A DNA stretch of 45,745 nucleotides from a bacterium. Lineage in GTDB: Bacteria; Patescibacteriota; Andersenbacteria; UBA10190. Positions 1 through 9,455 of this stretch are shown piece after piece; position 1 is the first letter of the stretch; each line of letters begins with the position of its first letter. Position numbers and translations under genes: made by a program. The notes below the pieces were generated by a model. The model was given only the letters and a program-made list of their open reading frames with translations. It made no database searches and was not told the origin of the DNA. Where the stretch lies: contig JBDRMS010000004.1 in the NCBI GenBank assembly GCA_043811915.1, forward strand, positions 1 through 45,745. The letters are read 5' to 3'.

Positions 1-18
1 TTCAATGCTTGGTGCAGT

Positions 19-483
19 ATGACAGAAGAAAGAAATCATTTTCTTGAAAGATCAGAAGGCCTTACCCTAGCTGAGCTTTTGGTGGTTATTGCCATTATTG
101 GGATACTCGCTCTTGCTAGCATGCCTGTTTTTAAAAATTTCCAGCCAAGCTTACAACTAAGAAGTGCTGCCCGGGATTTGATCAGCGACCTTCGCCATGT
201 CCAGCAGCTTTCCATAACAGAACAGCTGGAATACTGCCTTAAAATTCTACCAATCGAAAAGAAATATCAAATATTTCAATGTGGTGAAGCAGAAATAACG
301 GAAGAAAAATCATTCCCTGAAAAGATTAAAACAGTTACCGTTTCCGGCTTTACGGGAGACGAAGTAAGCTATAACCCCTATGGAGCAGTGGCAGAAGAAG
401 GGAGTATTCTGCTGGAAAACTCGAGAGGAGAAACAAAGACGGTACTGGTAAAAATTTCTGGCTTCGTAAAGGTTTCAGATTAA
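19..483 (+). CDS. Type IV minor pilin / pseudopilin (FimT/GspH-like)
   Basis: Class III signal G|LTLAELLVVIAIIGILA with Glu at +5; first gene of a pilin run. Confidence 0.85.
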   Translation: MTEERNHFLERSEGLTLAELLVVIAIIGILALASMPVFKNFQPSLQLRSAARDLISDLRHVQQLSITEQLEYCLKILPIEKKYQIFQCGEAEITEEKSFPEKIKTVTVSGFTGDEVSYNPYGAVAEEGSILLENSRGETKTVLVKISGFVKVSD

Positions 484-485
484 CC

Positions 486-905
486 ATGGTTAACTTAAAA
501 ACAAAAAAAGGATTTACTTTAATTGAATTGTTAATAGCAATTTTTGTTTTGACTGTAGGAATAGTGGCAATTCTTCAGGCCTTCCCTGCAGGAACCTATG
601 TTCAGAAAACCGCCCAAATGGCGACAATAGCGGTTCAGCTAAGTCAGGGGAAAATGGAAGAAGTTATTTCTCAACAATACGGGGAAATAGCCGTTGGATC
701 GGTTGAGGAGGATTACGGATTTGACGCAGATAATCTTTCCTTCCGGAGAAAGACCGAAATTAGCTATTTTGATCCTGATAACCCCCAGATCCCCCCGGTT
801 GAAGATTTGGATATTAAGAAAGTTCAAGTCACTGTTTTTTGGCATTCGCATCTGGGGCTGTCCGAAAAGGAGGTAAGAATAGCAACTTTGATCGCCAAAA
901 GATGA
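486..905 (+). CDS. Type IV minor pilin (PilV-like)
   Basis: KKG|FTLIELLIAIFVL prepilin motif; position in cluster. Confidence 0.85.
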   Translation: MVNLKTKKGFTLIELLIAIFVLTVGIVAILQAFPAGTYVQKTAQMATIAVQLSQGKMEEVISQQYGEIAVGSVEEDYGFDADNLSFRRKTEISYFDPDNPQIPPVEDLDIKKVQVTVFWHSHLGLSEKEVRIATLIAKR

Positions 906-1492
906 AAAAAAAGCATTCAATCAACAATTTTATTTCCGGTTTTACTCTGACGGAGCTTTTAATTACCGTAAGTATATTCCTTCTTATCACGGGGGTTGTT
1001 TATTCGGGATTTTTATTGAGTCAGCGAGCTTATATCGGAGGAGAGAGGTCTGCTGAGATAAGTCAAAACGGCCGGGTTATCGTTGAAAGAATCACCAGAG
1101 AAATTCGTCAAGCGAAAGAAATAGCGACAGAACTCTCCGAAGAAGAACCTCAAGACCAAGTCAGTCCCGCCGACGGCATTATATTTGAGGACGGTCATAT
1201 AAGCACATCCTCCTATAGCTACATCCACTATTTTAAGGAGAACGACTTCCTAAAAAGAGAAATTATTGCCTATTATTTTTCTGGTAATCCTGGCGCTTAT
1301 GTTCCTTGGAATGCCATTCCGCCCGAAGGCCAAACTCTGGAGACGGAAAATCTGGAAAGTCCTAGAACGGTAGGAGAATATGTCACTGGTTTGAAGTTTT
1401 GGGGGACAAAGCTAATCAGCATTTCTTTTATACTTGAAAAGAATCAAAAGGCAGTCAAATTAGAAACCAAGATTTTTGGTAGAAATTTATAG
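902..1492 (+). CDS. Type IV minor pilin (PilW-like)
   Basis: G|FTLTELLITVSI motif and ERITREIRQA helix; start moved to ATG 902, which overlaps the upstream TGA (ATGA). Confidence 0.85.
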   Translation: MKKKHSINNFISGFTLTELLITVSIFLLITGVVYSGFLLSQRAYIGGERSAEISQNGRVIVERITREIRQAKEIATELSEEEPQDQVSPADGIIFEDGHISTSSYSYIHYFKENDFLKREIIAYYFSGNPGAYVPWNAIPPEGQTLETENLESPRTVGEYVTGLKFWGTKLISISFILEKNQKAVKLETKIFGRNL

Positions 1493-2911
1493 ATGAAGTC
1501 CACAATCGGCAAAAATATAATAATTCAAGAGAAAGGAGTTGTTCTGATAATCACCTCTTCGGTTCTCGCGATCCTGCTGTTTTTAGGAGCCTATTTTCTG
1601 AACTTTACCTTGACGGAATTCCGTATTTCTCAGAGCGAGATCGTTTCTACCCAAAGCTATTATCTGGCTGAAGCGGGGATAAACGAGGCCATTTGGAAAT
1701 TAAAAAATGATCCCGAGTGGAAAGTAAATTTCGAAGCAGAACCAGGTTGCTATTATTGGGTGGACAGTTTCTCGAGAGGAGGAGACCTCTTCCCAAAGGG
1801 TTCCTACCAAGTCCAAATCCAAAATTCTGATTGTGCCAGAGGGGGAATTACAGCTACTTCGACCATGGATTTGGCTGATGGGAAATTTGCCCAAAGAGTA
1901 GTCGAGATAGAGGTTTTCAAATCTATGGGCAGCTTCACCGAAGACAGCGCTGTTCTCACCGGAGGATCTAGCGAGAACGTAGACATAAATTCTAGCATAG
2001 TTTTGGTTTATGATGGGAATATCTTCAGCAATAATAATATAAACATAGGCTGGTTTAGCGACGTTGATGTTTTTGACAATCTCAACACAGAAGAAATAGA
2101 GGGCAGAATTTTGGCCGGCGGGAACCTTTCTGTTTCTTCAGGAAGTAGTTTGTCCGCCACCGCTACTTGCGCAAAGAACGTTTGCCAAGGCGAATGTACC
2201 GACATCGGTTGTCCTCCGGACAGTCTCTCAGCTCCCATGGTTGATTTCGATTCAAGCGACCCAAATTCTTACAAACAAAAAGCCATAACGGCGGAAAACA
2301 ATGGGCAATGCAGCATCCTTTGTAACGGGGCCGAGTGCGGTACGAAGTGCGTCTACACAGATAATGAATTCGGAGACTTACTTTGGCAGATAAGTGACGG
2401 AGGTGTTCTTACTTTAAACAACAAAATTACCTATATTGAGGGTCCAGTTGGCCTGAAAGGAGGCAGAGAGATTGTGATCAATGGCGTCTTGGTGGCTGAC
2501 GGTACAATTGATATCGGAGAAAATTATTGCTGGACAAAACAGGGTCATAAAGACTGCGGTTATAATCAAATTACGGTCAATGATCCTGGGCCGGACATAG
2601 CCTCTGGCATTTTGAGCAAAAGTAAAATAAATATAGGTCCTTATTCATCTTCCCGAGACATCGAAGTTGTGGGATTAATTTATGCCATGAATGAATTAAA
2701 GATAGTGAGCCTTCCGTTGAGTTTTAATATTGTTGGAGGTATGATTGCTAGAAAACTTTCTTTAACCAGCGCTTGGGCACACTTTAATATTCACCTAAAT
2801 AATTCTATAATTGCTGAAGGAATATGGGGGGGAGCTCAACCCCCAGAAGGAGGAGAAAGGCCTCCTTTTTCGCCCTTAGTTACCATTGAACACTGGGAAG
2901 AATCGTATTAA
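1493..2911 (+). CDS. PilX-like minor pilin with large Cys-rich C-terminal domain
   Basis: KG|VVLIITSSVLAILL (no Glu+5) and QSYYLAEAGINEA, both PilX N-terminal hallmarks; ends IEHWEESY. Confidence 0.8.
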   Translation: MKSTIGKNIIIQEKGVVLIITSSVLAILLFLGAYFLNFTLTEFRISQSEIVSTQSYYLAEAGINEAIWKLKNDPEWKVNFEAEPGCYYWVDSFSRGGDLFPKGSYQVQIQNSDCARGGITATSTMDLADGKFAQRVVEIEVFKSMGSFTEDSAVLTGGSSENVDINSSIVLVYDGNIFSNNNINIGWFSDVDVFDNLNTEEIEGRILAGGNLSVSSGSSLSATATCAKNVCQGECTDIGCPPDSLSAPMVDFDSSDPNSYKQKAITAENNGQCSILCNGAECGTKCVYTDNEFGDLLWQISDGGVLTLNNKITYIEGPVGLKGGREIVINGVLVADGTIDIGENYCWTKQGHKDCGYNQITVNDPGPDIASGILSKSKINIGPYSSSRDIEVVGLIYAMNELKIVSLPLSFNIVGGMIARKLSLTSAWAHFNIHLNNSIIAEGIWGGAQPPEGGERPPFSPLVTIEHWEESY

Positions 2912-2925
2912 TTATTTATTTCAAA

Positions 2926-4029
2926 ATGTTGGAGCTTTTTTCTTTAAAACCAGAAAGTTTCGGTCTAGACATATCCGATTTATCTTTGAAAATCGCCAAA
3001 CTTGAAAAAACAGGAGAGGGATTAGAATTGGTTTCGTTCGGAGAGTCCCCGATAAAATTTGGCTTGCTTAAAGAAGGGGAAATCAGAAAAGAAAAGGAAT
3101 TGGCGAAAACCATTAGGGAAGCGTTAAACCAGGTGACGGGTGAAAAAATAAAAGAAAGAGACGTGATCGTTTCTTTGCCGGAAGAGAAAGCCTTTCTGCA
3201 AGTGATTAAGATGCCTTATATCCAAAAGGAGGACATGGCCTCAGCCGTCATCTATGAGGCGGAAAATTATATTCCGCTTCCGATAGAAGATGTTTATCTT
3301 GATTCCCAGATAATTTCTCCGATAGAAAACCATCTTGACCATTGCGATGTTCTTATAGCTGCCATGCCGAAAAAGATAGTTGATCCGTACGTCAGCTGTT
3401 TAAAGCTGGCCGGTTTGAGGCCTCGGGCTTTGGAGATAGAATCTTTGTCAATCGCCAGAGCCTTGGTTGAGAATGAGAAGACGGACTGTCCAGTTTTAAT
3501 CATTGATTTGGGGGCGACGAGGACGAGTTTCATAATTTATTCTGGTCGTTCTTTGCGCTTTACGGCTTCAATACCGATTTCTTCCCATAAGTTTACCGAA
3601 GCCATATCCCAGACATTAAAAGTTGATTTGGAAGAAGCCGAAAGGCTAAAAATAGAGTATGGGTTGAAGGTTGGGACCAAAAAGGGCAAAGAAATTTTTG
3701 AAGTTCTTATTCCTTCCCTTACTGATTTGACGGAACAGATTAAAAAATATCTGAATTTTTACCAAACTCATGATTCTTCCCACGAACATTTGTCCCTCAA
3801 AAACAAAGGGCTTAACAAAATTTTGCTTTGTGGCGGTGGATCAAATTTGGAAGGGCTTAGCGATTTCCTTTCGAGCGAGCTTAAAATGACGGTGGAATTT
3901 GGTAACCCCTGGATAAATATTCTGCCTAAAAACCAAAAAAGAATTTCTAAGCTTCCTTTGGCAAAATCGCTTTCCTTTTCTTCGGTCCTAGGATTGGCCC
4001 TGAGGGGAGCAAAAGAAAATGATAAATGA
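2926..4029 (+). CDS. pilM: Type IV pilus assembly protein PilM
   Basis: Actin-like motifs FGLDISD, IIDLGATRT, LLCGGGSNL, and GLALRG at the C-terminus. Confidence 0.93.
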   Translation: MLELFSLKPESFGLDISDLSLKIAKLEKTGEGLELVSFGESPIKFGLLKEGEIRKEKELAKTIREALNQVTGEKIKERDVIVSLPEEKAFLQVIKMPYIQKEDMASAVIYEAENYIPLPIEDVYLDSQIISPIENHLDHCDVLIAAMPKKIVDPYVSCLKLAGLRPRALEIESLSIARALVENEKTDCPVLIIDLGATRTSFIIYSGRSLRFTASIPISSHKFTEAISQTLKVDLEEAERLKIEYGLKVGTKKGKEIFEVLIPSLTDLTEQIKKYLNFYQTHDSSHEHLSLKNKGLNKILLCGGGSNLEGLSDFLSSELKMTVEFGNPWINILPKNQKRISKLPLAKSLSFSSVLGLALRGAKENDK

Positions 4030-4054
4030 ATTTTTTAATTCATTTTAATCTTCA

Positions 4055-4603
4055 ATGATAAACTTACTGCCACTTAAAGAGAAGAAAGAATTGTTGATGG
4101 AGAATAACCTTAAAGTTACGGTAATTTTAGGTTCCTTGTCAGTGCTTTTTCTTATATGTCTTTCCCTTCTTTTCATTTCCATAAATATCTTCATAGGGGG
4201 AGGAATAGAAACGCAAAAGATACTTTTTGATCAAAGAGAAAAAGAATTGGAAACTTTCAAAATGCAGGCCCTCCAGAATGATTTGATCTCTTCTAATAAA
4301 ACATTGGCTAGTCTTAAATCTTTCTACAAAAATGAAGACGATTTTGTTGATATATTGGAAAGAATTTCAAACACTGTGCCAGACGGAATAAACCTTTCCA
4401 ATCTCTCCGTCAGCCCGCAATCAAAAGGCGGTATCGTCTGTAATCTGTCAGGGTTCTCTCCCGATAGGGATTCACTTTTAAGGCTTAAGGGCAATCTAGA
4501 AAAAGAGGAATTATTCACAGATGTTTACTTCCCTCCTGCAAATTGGGTGAAGCCGACAGACATCAATTTTACGGCCAGTTTCAAAATCAATGACTCTGAA
4601 TAA
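4055..4603 (+). CDS. pilN: Type IV pilus assembly protein PilN
   Basis: Starts MINLLP (PilM-binding motif), one TM helix, follows pilM. Confidence 0.85.
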   Translation: MINLLPLKEKKELLMENNLKVTVILGSLSVLFLICLSLLFISINIFIGGGIETQKILFDQREKELETFKMQALQNDLISSNKTLASLKSFYKNEDDFVDILERISNTVPDGINLSNLSVSPQSKGGIVCNLSGFSPDRDSLLRLKGNLEKEELFTDVYFPPANWVKPTDINFTASFKINDSE

Positions 4604-5111
4604 TAAGATAAAATTATCGATATTTTCTTTTTCAGTCATCCTTATTTTGATTATTGTTTTTGTTGTAATGCCTGTGTTCAACGATATAAAATCAAACTCT
4701 GAAGAATTGGCGAAACGGGAGGCGGATTTAGTCGCCATTGAAACGAAAATTTCAAACCTTGAGGAGTTCAGGCTAGCTTATAAAGAGCTTGAGGAGACCC
4801 TTAGCGGAATTAATAACTTATTTATTGATTCCGAAGTACCGGTCGAATTCATAAACTTTTTAGAGAGGACGGCTGATGATAATTCCCTTGAAATTGAGAT
4901 ATCATCCGCCGTTACCCAGACCGTAAAAGGGGATATTTGGCCGTCAGTCGCATTCCAGGCTCAAATTACTGGCTCTTTTTCTGACTTCCTTAAATTCTGG
5001 AAAAAGGTTGAGAGCAGTATTTATTTGGTTGAAGTCAAAAACCTGAATGTGGGTGGGTCGAAAGAGGATACGGTAAAAGCGTTTCTATCCATTAAAGTAT
5101 TTGCAAAATAA
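4590..5111 (+). CDS. pilO: Type IV pilus assembly protein PilO
   Basis: N-terminal TM, coiled coil, ITGSFSDFLKFWKKVE motif; follows pilN. Confidence 0.8.
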   Translation: MTLNNKIKLSIFSFSVILILIIVFVVMPVFNDIKSNSEELAKREADLVAIETKISNLEEFRLAYKELEETLSGINNLFIDSEVPVEFINFLERTADDNSLEIEISSAVTQTVKGDIWPSVAFQAQITGSFSDFLKFWKKVESSIYLVEVKNLNVGGSKEDTVKAFLSIKVFAK

Positions 5112-5117
5112 TATTTT

Positions 5118-5432
5118 ATGCTCAAAATAAAAAAGATAAAATTAGGAAAGCTGAAAAAAACCTTGAGTGCTGCTCCGAAATTCCTGGCCGAAAACTATTT
5201 TTCTACGTTCTTGGTGATGTCGTTTTTCTCCGTGATTCTGGCGATGGTCATCTTCTACCAATACGGGATAAACATTAAAGATGAGCAAACGGATATTTCT
5301 GATGAAGTTTTGAGTTTTGACGAATATACCTATCAAGAAGTATTAGTTGAATGGCAAAAAAAGATACAGGAATCCTCGGAAGTTGACTCTAAAGAATACA
5401 AGGATCCTTTTAACAAGTCTCTTTTAGAATAA
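5118..5432 (+). CDS. Small single-TM protein at the PilP position
   Basis: One TM helix, C-terminal YKDPF; last gene of the pil cluster. Confidence 0.6.
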   Translation: MLKIKKIKLGKLKKTLSAAPKFLAENYFSTFLVMSFFSVILAMVIFYQYGINIKDEQTDISDEVLSFDEYTYQEVLVEWQKKIQESSEVDSKEYKDPFNKSLLE

Positions 5433-5444
5433 TCTCTCTTAGGG

Positions 5445-5472
5445 TTGACTTGTTATTGTTTTTCAATAGAAT
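5445..5472 (+). promoter_or_regulatory. Sigma70-type promoter for tRNA-Arg(UCU)
   Basis: TTGACT-N16-TAGAAT, ending 10 nt upstream of the tRNA. Confidence 0.65.
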
Positions 5473-5482
5473 TAAATCGTTT

Positions 5483-5554
5483 GCCCCTGTAGTTCAACGG
5501 ACAGAATAGGGCCCTTCTAAGGCCTAGATCGAGGTTCGATTCCTCGCAGGGGCA
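5483..5554 (+). tRNA. tRNA-Arg(UCU)
   Basis: Acceptor GCCCCTG/CAGGGGC, anticodon loop CT-TCT-AA, T-loop GTTCGAT; CCA not encoded. Confidence 0.95.
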
Positions 5555-5559
5555 CAAAT

Positions 5560-5591
5560 AAAAACAGCCATCTTTTAAGAGCGCTGTTTTT
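5560..5591. terminator. Bidirectional intrinsic terminator between tRNA-Arg and htrA
   Basis: AAAAACAGC...GCTGTTTTT inverted repeat between convergent genes. Confidence 0.65.
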
Positions 5592-5602
5592 GTTTGAGGA
5601 TA

Positions 5603-6628
5603 TTATTTTTTTTCTTCCAGTTTGACCTTGATTGGTATTTCTTTTTTATCTCTGAGAATTTTCAGCGTTATTTCCTTGTTAATCTCAAATTCCTGCAAGA
5701 TGTGGGAAAGGGGATTTTTGCCCGTTATTTTTTCGCCTTGGCACTCTAAAATGATGTCAAATTCTTTAAGCCCTGCCTTGTCCGCCGCGCTGCCCTTTAT
5801 TATGGCTGATTCTCCAAGGTTTTCTCTCACGACTAAAGCGCCATCATTAACTGGCAGTTTATTTTTTTCCGATATCTCTTTGTTTAAGAGGATATATTTT
5901 ACTCCCAAGAAAGGTCTCTTTATCTTTCCGTATTTTCTGATTTCTTCTAAATCCTGCTTGGCATAATTTATAGGTATAGCAAATCCGATGCTCTGGGCTC
6001 CCATAACCACGGCCGGATTAATGCCGATTACTTTTCCCACAATATCAACCAACGGGCCTCCACTGTTGCCGGGGTTGATAGCGGCATCAGTCTGGATTAA
6101 TCCTCTGAGCATTGCTGTTTCTTGTCCTGTGCCGGAAAATGCCGTGATAAACCTGCTGAGACCGGAAACCACGCCCGTGCTTATTGTGTCGTTGAATTCT
6201 CCCAGGGAATTTCCTACCGCCACCACGGTTTGGCCAAGCTCTATTTTGTCCGAATCAGCCAGCTCCAAGTAAGGCATATTCTTTGCGTTTACTTTTAGAA
6301 TAGCAATGTCGTTGATGGGGTTTCTGGATATCACTTTGGCTGGGTATCTTTTTTCGGGTTCGAATATGATTGTGTAATCGGCCTCGGTATCTTCAACTAC
6401 GTGACAACTGGTAATGATATAGCCGTCAGTTGAAATGAAAAAACCGGAACCCCCTCCAATTTTCGTTCTTTCTTTCTTCTTCCCGTTCATTTTCGGCATC
6501 ATCAGATTTTTTCCGCCGTAAGGAAGAAGATAAAAACCATCAATTTGAGGCAGGTCTTTTGAGATTACTATTGTGATTACGGCCGGGCAGACTTTTTTAG
6601 CCACATCAATAATGGGAGATTTTTCCAT
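5603..6628 (-). CDS. htrA: HtrA/DegP-family serine protease (trypsin domain + one PDZ)
   Basis: GSGFFIS, ITSCHVV, NDIAIL, IQTDAAINPGNSGGPL, PDZ (AADKAGLKEFDII); start set to ATG 6628. Confidence 0.9.
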   Translation of the reverse strand: MEKSPIIDVAKKVCPAVITIVISKDLPQIDGFYLLPYGGKNLMMPKMNGKKKERTKIGGGSGFFISTDGYIITSCHVVEDTEADYTIIFEPEKRYPAKVISRNPINDIAILKVNAKNMPYLELADSDKIELGQTVVAVGNSLGEFNDTISTGVVSGLSRFITAFSGTGQETAMLRGLIQTDAAINPGNSGGPLVDIVGKVIGINPAVVMGAQSIGFAIPINYAKQDLEEIRKYGKIKRPFLGVKYILLNKEISEKNKLPVNDGALVVRENLGESAIIKGSAADKAGLKEFDIILECQGEKITGKNPLSHILQEFEINKEITLKILRDKKEIPIKVKLEEKK

Positions 6629-6677
6629 GTTGATTAATTTTATCATAGCTGATAGAATAAGCAATTGCAAAATTCTC

Positions 6678-6749
6678 GCCCCCGTAGTCTAATGGATAGA
6701 ATGAGGGTTTCCTAAACCCTAGATATAGGTTCGATTCCTATCGGGGGCA
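6678..6749 (+). tRNA. tRNA-Arg(CCU)
   Basis: Acceptor GCCCCCG/CGGGGGC, anticodon arm AGGGT-TTCCTAA-ACCCT. Confidence 0.95.
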
Positions 6750-6839
6750 CAAGCAATCAGATCTTTGAATAAATTAATAAAGGAGAAGGAACGAAAAGAT
6801 TCGTCATAGGCGGAAGTTTGCCCTAAATGTGGAACTTTT

Positions 6840-6910
6840 GGGCCCGTGGTATAGTGGTAACACGCATCCATGGCATGGATGAATCCGGGGTTCGAGTCCC
6901 CGCGGGTCCA
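6840..6910 (+). tRNA. tRNA-Ala(GGC)
   Basis: Acceptor GGGCCCG/CGGGTCC with G3:U70; arm CATCC-ATGGCAT-GGATG. Confidence 0.95.
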
Positions 6911-6924
6911 CAGATAATAATCTT

Positions 6925-7014
6925 GGAGACGTGCCGGAGTGGTTGAACGGGGTGGTCTCGAAAACCACTATGCCAGAAATGGTATCGGAGGTTCGAATCC
7001 TCCCGTCTCCGCCA
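6925..7014 (+). tRNA. tRNA-Ser(CGA)
   Basis: Acceptor GGAGACG/CGTCTCC, arm GTGGT-CTCGAAA-ACCAC, long variable arm, encoded CCA. Confidence 0.95.
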
Positions 7015-7022
7015 ATTAGGAA

Positions 7023-7076
7023 ATGGCAAAAATCGCCAAGGCGCTGGACGTTTCGATTAAGGAATTAATAAAATAA
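7023..7076 (+). pseudogene. Remnant C-terminus of an XRE-family HTH regulator
   Basis: Reads MAKIAKALDVSIKELIK*, the typical final helices of XRE/HTH_3 proteins, with no upstream domain. Confidence 0.55.
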
Positions 7077-7099
7077 TCTGCAAGGTGTAAAATATAATT

Positions 7100-8554
7100 A
7101 TGAACAAACAAAAAATAATAATTCTATCTTTATTTTTAGTAGCCGTCGCAGTTATTGGAATCCTCATTATCTATGTAATAAAGTTCTTCCCCGAACAACA
7201 GAGTCCTGTCGGGAAAGGATGGATGAAAGTGATTCCGGTGACTTATGGTTCGTTTCACATTCCGTCCACTCCTGGCCAACAGACCCTTGATGGTGGTTAC
7301 ATAATTGCTAGGCCAAAGGTATTCGGAAAACCCCCGGTTGACTCGACGGATCTCTATCTTTTCAAAACAGACGAGAACGGCGAAAAGCTCTGGGAAAAGA
7401 CTTTTGGCGGAGAAAGCACTGATATAGCGCGTTCTGTTCAACAGACCAGCGACGGGGGTTACATAATTGCAGGAAGCTATCAGTCATACAGGATAGAAAA
7501 CGAGGCTATACCAGAAGACACCAAAGTAGAAAAGGAAAGATTGCAAAATATACTTGTACGATGGGACGACGAACATAGAAGGCCTAACCCTTTTTATCTT
7601 ATAGGGAGTGAAATCTACATAGTAAAGACGGACGCAAGCGGGAATATGATATGGGAAAAGACATTCGGAGATTATTACGATGAAAATGCATATTCAGTCC
7701 AGCAAACTTCCGACGGCGGGTATATAATTGTTGGGGATACAGCATCATTCGGCATTAGTCCTTACACCGCAAAGGAACTAGTCCAGTCGGCACCAACAGA
7801 CATTTATCTTTTAAAAATAGATGCGAATGGGAATGAGCAGTGGAATAAGGTGTTCGGCGGGAAATATACAGATGTCGGATATTCCATTCAACAAACCTCT
7901 GACGGCGGATATATTATTACAGGATATGCAGTCCAAACCAGCAGAAAAGAACCTTATATTTATCAGGGATATGAGGGAGGGCCAGGGATAACAGACGTCT
8001 ATCTCATAAAAATAGATTCAGGCGGAAATAAATTATGGGAAAAGACATTCGGCGAAGATTATACCGATGAGGTGGCGTTTTCAGTCCAGCAAACTTCCGA
8101 CGGCGGGTACATTCTCACGGGTCTGAGCGGTGTTACAGGCGAGAAGGACTCTACTAATTCTTCGAATATTGATGTCTATCTTCTGAAAACAGACGAAAAT
8201 GGAAACAAACTGTGGGAGAAAAAGTTTGAAAGAAGAAAGTATGAGTGGAGCAAAATAGATAAGGCGTATTCAGTTAAACAAACTTTAGATGGAGGATATA
8301 TTATCGCGGGAGAATCTTCCGCGGACGCCTACCTAATAAAAACCGACATGGCCGGCAATAAGCTTTGGGAAAAAATATTTTCATTAGACAAAGAGGGTGG
8401 AGCCTCACGAGGGAAAACAGTTCAACAGACTCCAGACGGGGGTTATGTGATTGCAGGAATTGTAAATTATGAAGGGGATGCGGAATCACGGATGTCATTT
8501 CATACTCTACTTATAAAGACCGACGAAAATGGGAATGTAAAAACAAACGAATAA
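7100..8554 (+). CDS. Membrane-anchored beta-propeller repeat protein
   Basis: N-terminal TM; 7 repeats of YLxKTDxNGNKLWEKTFG...AxSVQQTSDGGYII. Confidence 0.8.
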   Translation: MNKQKIIILSLFLVAVAVIGILIIYVIKFFPEQQSPVGKGWMKVIPVTYGSFHIPSTPGQQTLDGGYIIARPKVFGKPPVDSTDLYLFKTDENGEKLWEKTFGGESTDIARSVQQTSDGGYIIAGSYQSYRIENEAIPEDTKVEKERLQNILVRWDDEHRRPNPFYLIGSEIYIVKTDASGNMIWEKTFGDYYDENAYSVQQTSDGGYIIVGDTASFGISPYTAKELVQSAPTDIYLLKIDANGNEQWNKVFGGKYTDVGYSIQQTSDGGYIITGYAVQTSRKEPYIYQGYEGGPGITDVYLIKIDSGGNKLWEKTFGEDYTDEVAFSVQQTSDGGYILTGLSGVTGEKDSTNSSNIDVYLLKTDENGNKLWEKKFERRKYEWSKIDKAYSVKQTLDGGYIIAGESSADAYLIKTDMAGNKLWEKIFSLDKEGGASRGKTVQQTPDGGYVIAGIVNYEGDAESRMSFHTLLIKTDENGNVKTNE

Positions 8555-8565
8555 AATAAAAAAAT

Positions 8566-9195
8566 ATGAAAGGATTGTTTCCATTGGTAATATCTTTAAT
8601 TCTCTTTTTTGGAGTACAAAAATTTTATATTAAAAAGCGAGGATTAAAAGAAATTGACCCATGCTGGCATTGGGTTGGCCTATTGCCCCTTATGTTCGGG
8701 GTGTTGAGCTATATTATTACTATTACGCATTTTGCTGACCCGTCGAAATTCCAATGGATATCGTGGGGACTCCTTTTGTGGGTATGCCCATTGACGGCAG
8801 TTGCGGGAGGAGCGGTTCTTCTGCTTTTTCCGCGTAATCGCTTTGCCACATCGGCGGTCATTGCTTGGATTTTTAATGGCCCGCTTTTGCCTGCTCTGTC
8901 CGAAAACAATTTTTCGCTCCAGCAATTCCATCATCTCGTGTCGGCCGCAGTTTTATTGGTAATTTTATACCATCTCAGAGAAATATGGAGTTCCAAGGGC
9001 ATCTTATTTGGCCTGACCAGCTACTATGCCTTTGTGATAATCACGGTCAATCTTAGCGAAGGCATGGTGAATTTATTGGCACCGTTCAGGGAGAGCGGAT
9101 TACCGCCAATGTGGTTGGGAATAATTTTTGCTCTACTTGCGACCGCAATTTTTATCTGGCATAAACTCAATTTTAAGCGCAAAGAGTTAGGCTAG
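8566..9195 (+). CDS. Integral membrane protein, unknown function
   Basis: About 6-7 hydrophobic segments; starts 11 nt after the propeller gene. Confidence 0.7.
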   Translation: MKGLFPLVISLILFFGVQKFYIKKRGLKEIDPCWHWVGLLPLMFGVLSYIITITHFADPSKFQWISWGLLLWVCPLTAVAGGAVLLLFPRNRFATSAVIAWIFNGPLLPALSENNFSLQQFHHLVSAAVLLVILYHLREIWSSKGILFGLTSYYAFVIITVNLSEGMVNLLAPFRESGLPPMWLGIIFALLATAIFIWHKLNFKRKELG

Positions 9196-9301
9196 AAATT
9201 TCACACATTAGATATTTTGTATTTATAAAAGGGAGGTGGCACGCCAATGAAATTGGCACAGCATCAAATTCCGCTTTTCCTTTGCGAAATCAAATTGAGG
9301 A

Positions 9302-9455
9302 CAGCCCCGCCACCTGCCTGAATACTTGGAAGGCAGAACCCCGCAGCAAAATACTCTTTTCATTAGAAGAAAAAGAAATCGGGCGCGCGCAAAATGAAAA
9401 GAGCAAAGAGTATTTTTCTGCGGTGTGGCGAGCTTGTCGAGCAGTGGCGGGGCTG
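9302..9455. repeat. Nested inverted-repeat element (~155 bp)
   Basis: CAGCCCCGCCAC(9302)/GTGGCGGGGCTG(9455) encloses CCGCAG-AAAATACTCT/AGAGTATTTT-CTGCGG and CTCTTTTCATT/AATGAAAAGAG. Confidence 0.7.

Noticed and set aside
6823-7029. Minus-strand 68-aa ORF (and the similar 17728-17937 ORF)
   Set aside because: Antisense translations of tRNA genes
7100-8554. Internal near-identical repeats as a DGR template/variable pair or CRISPR array
   Set aside because: Repeats are in-frame protein blades; no adenine-specific mismatch pattern, no reverse transcriptase or cas gene, no repeat-spacer periodicity anywhere in the window
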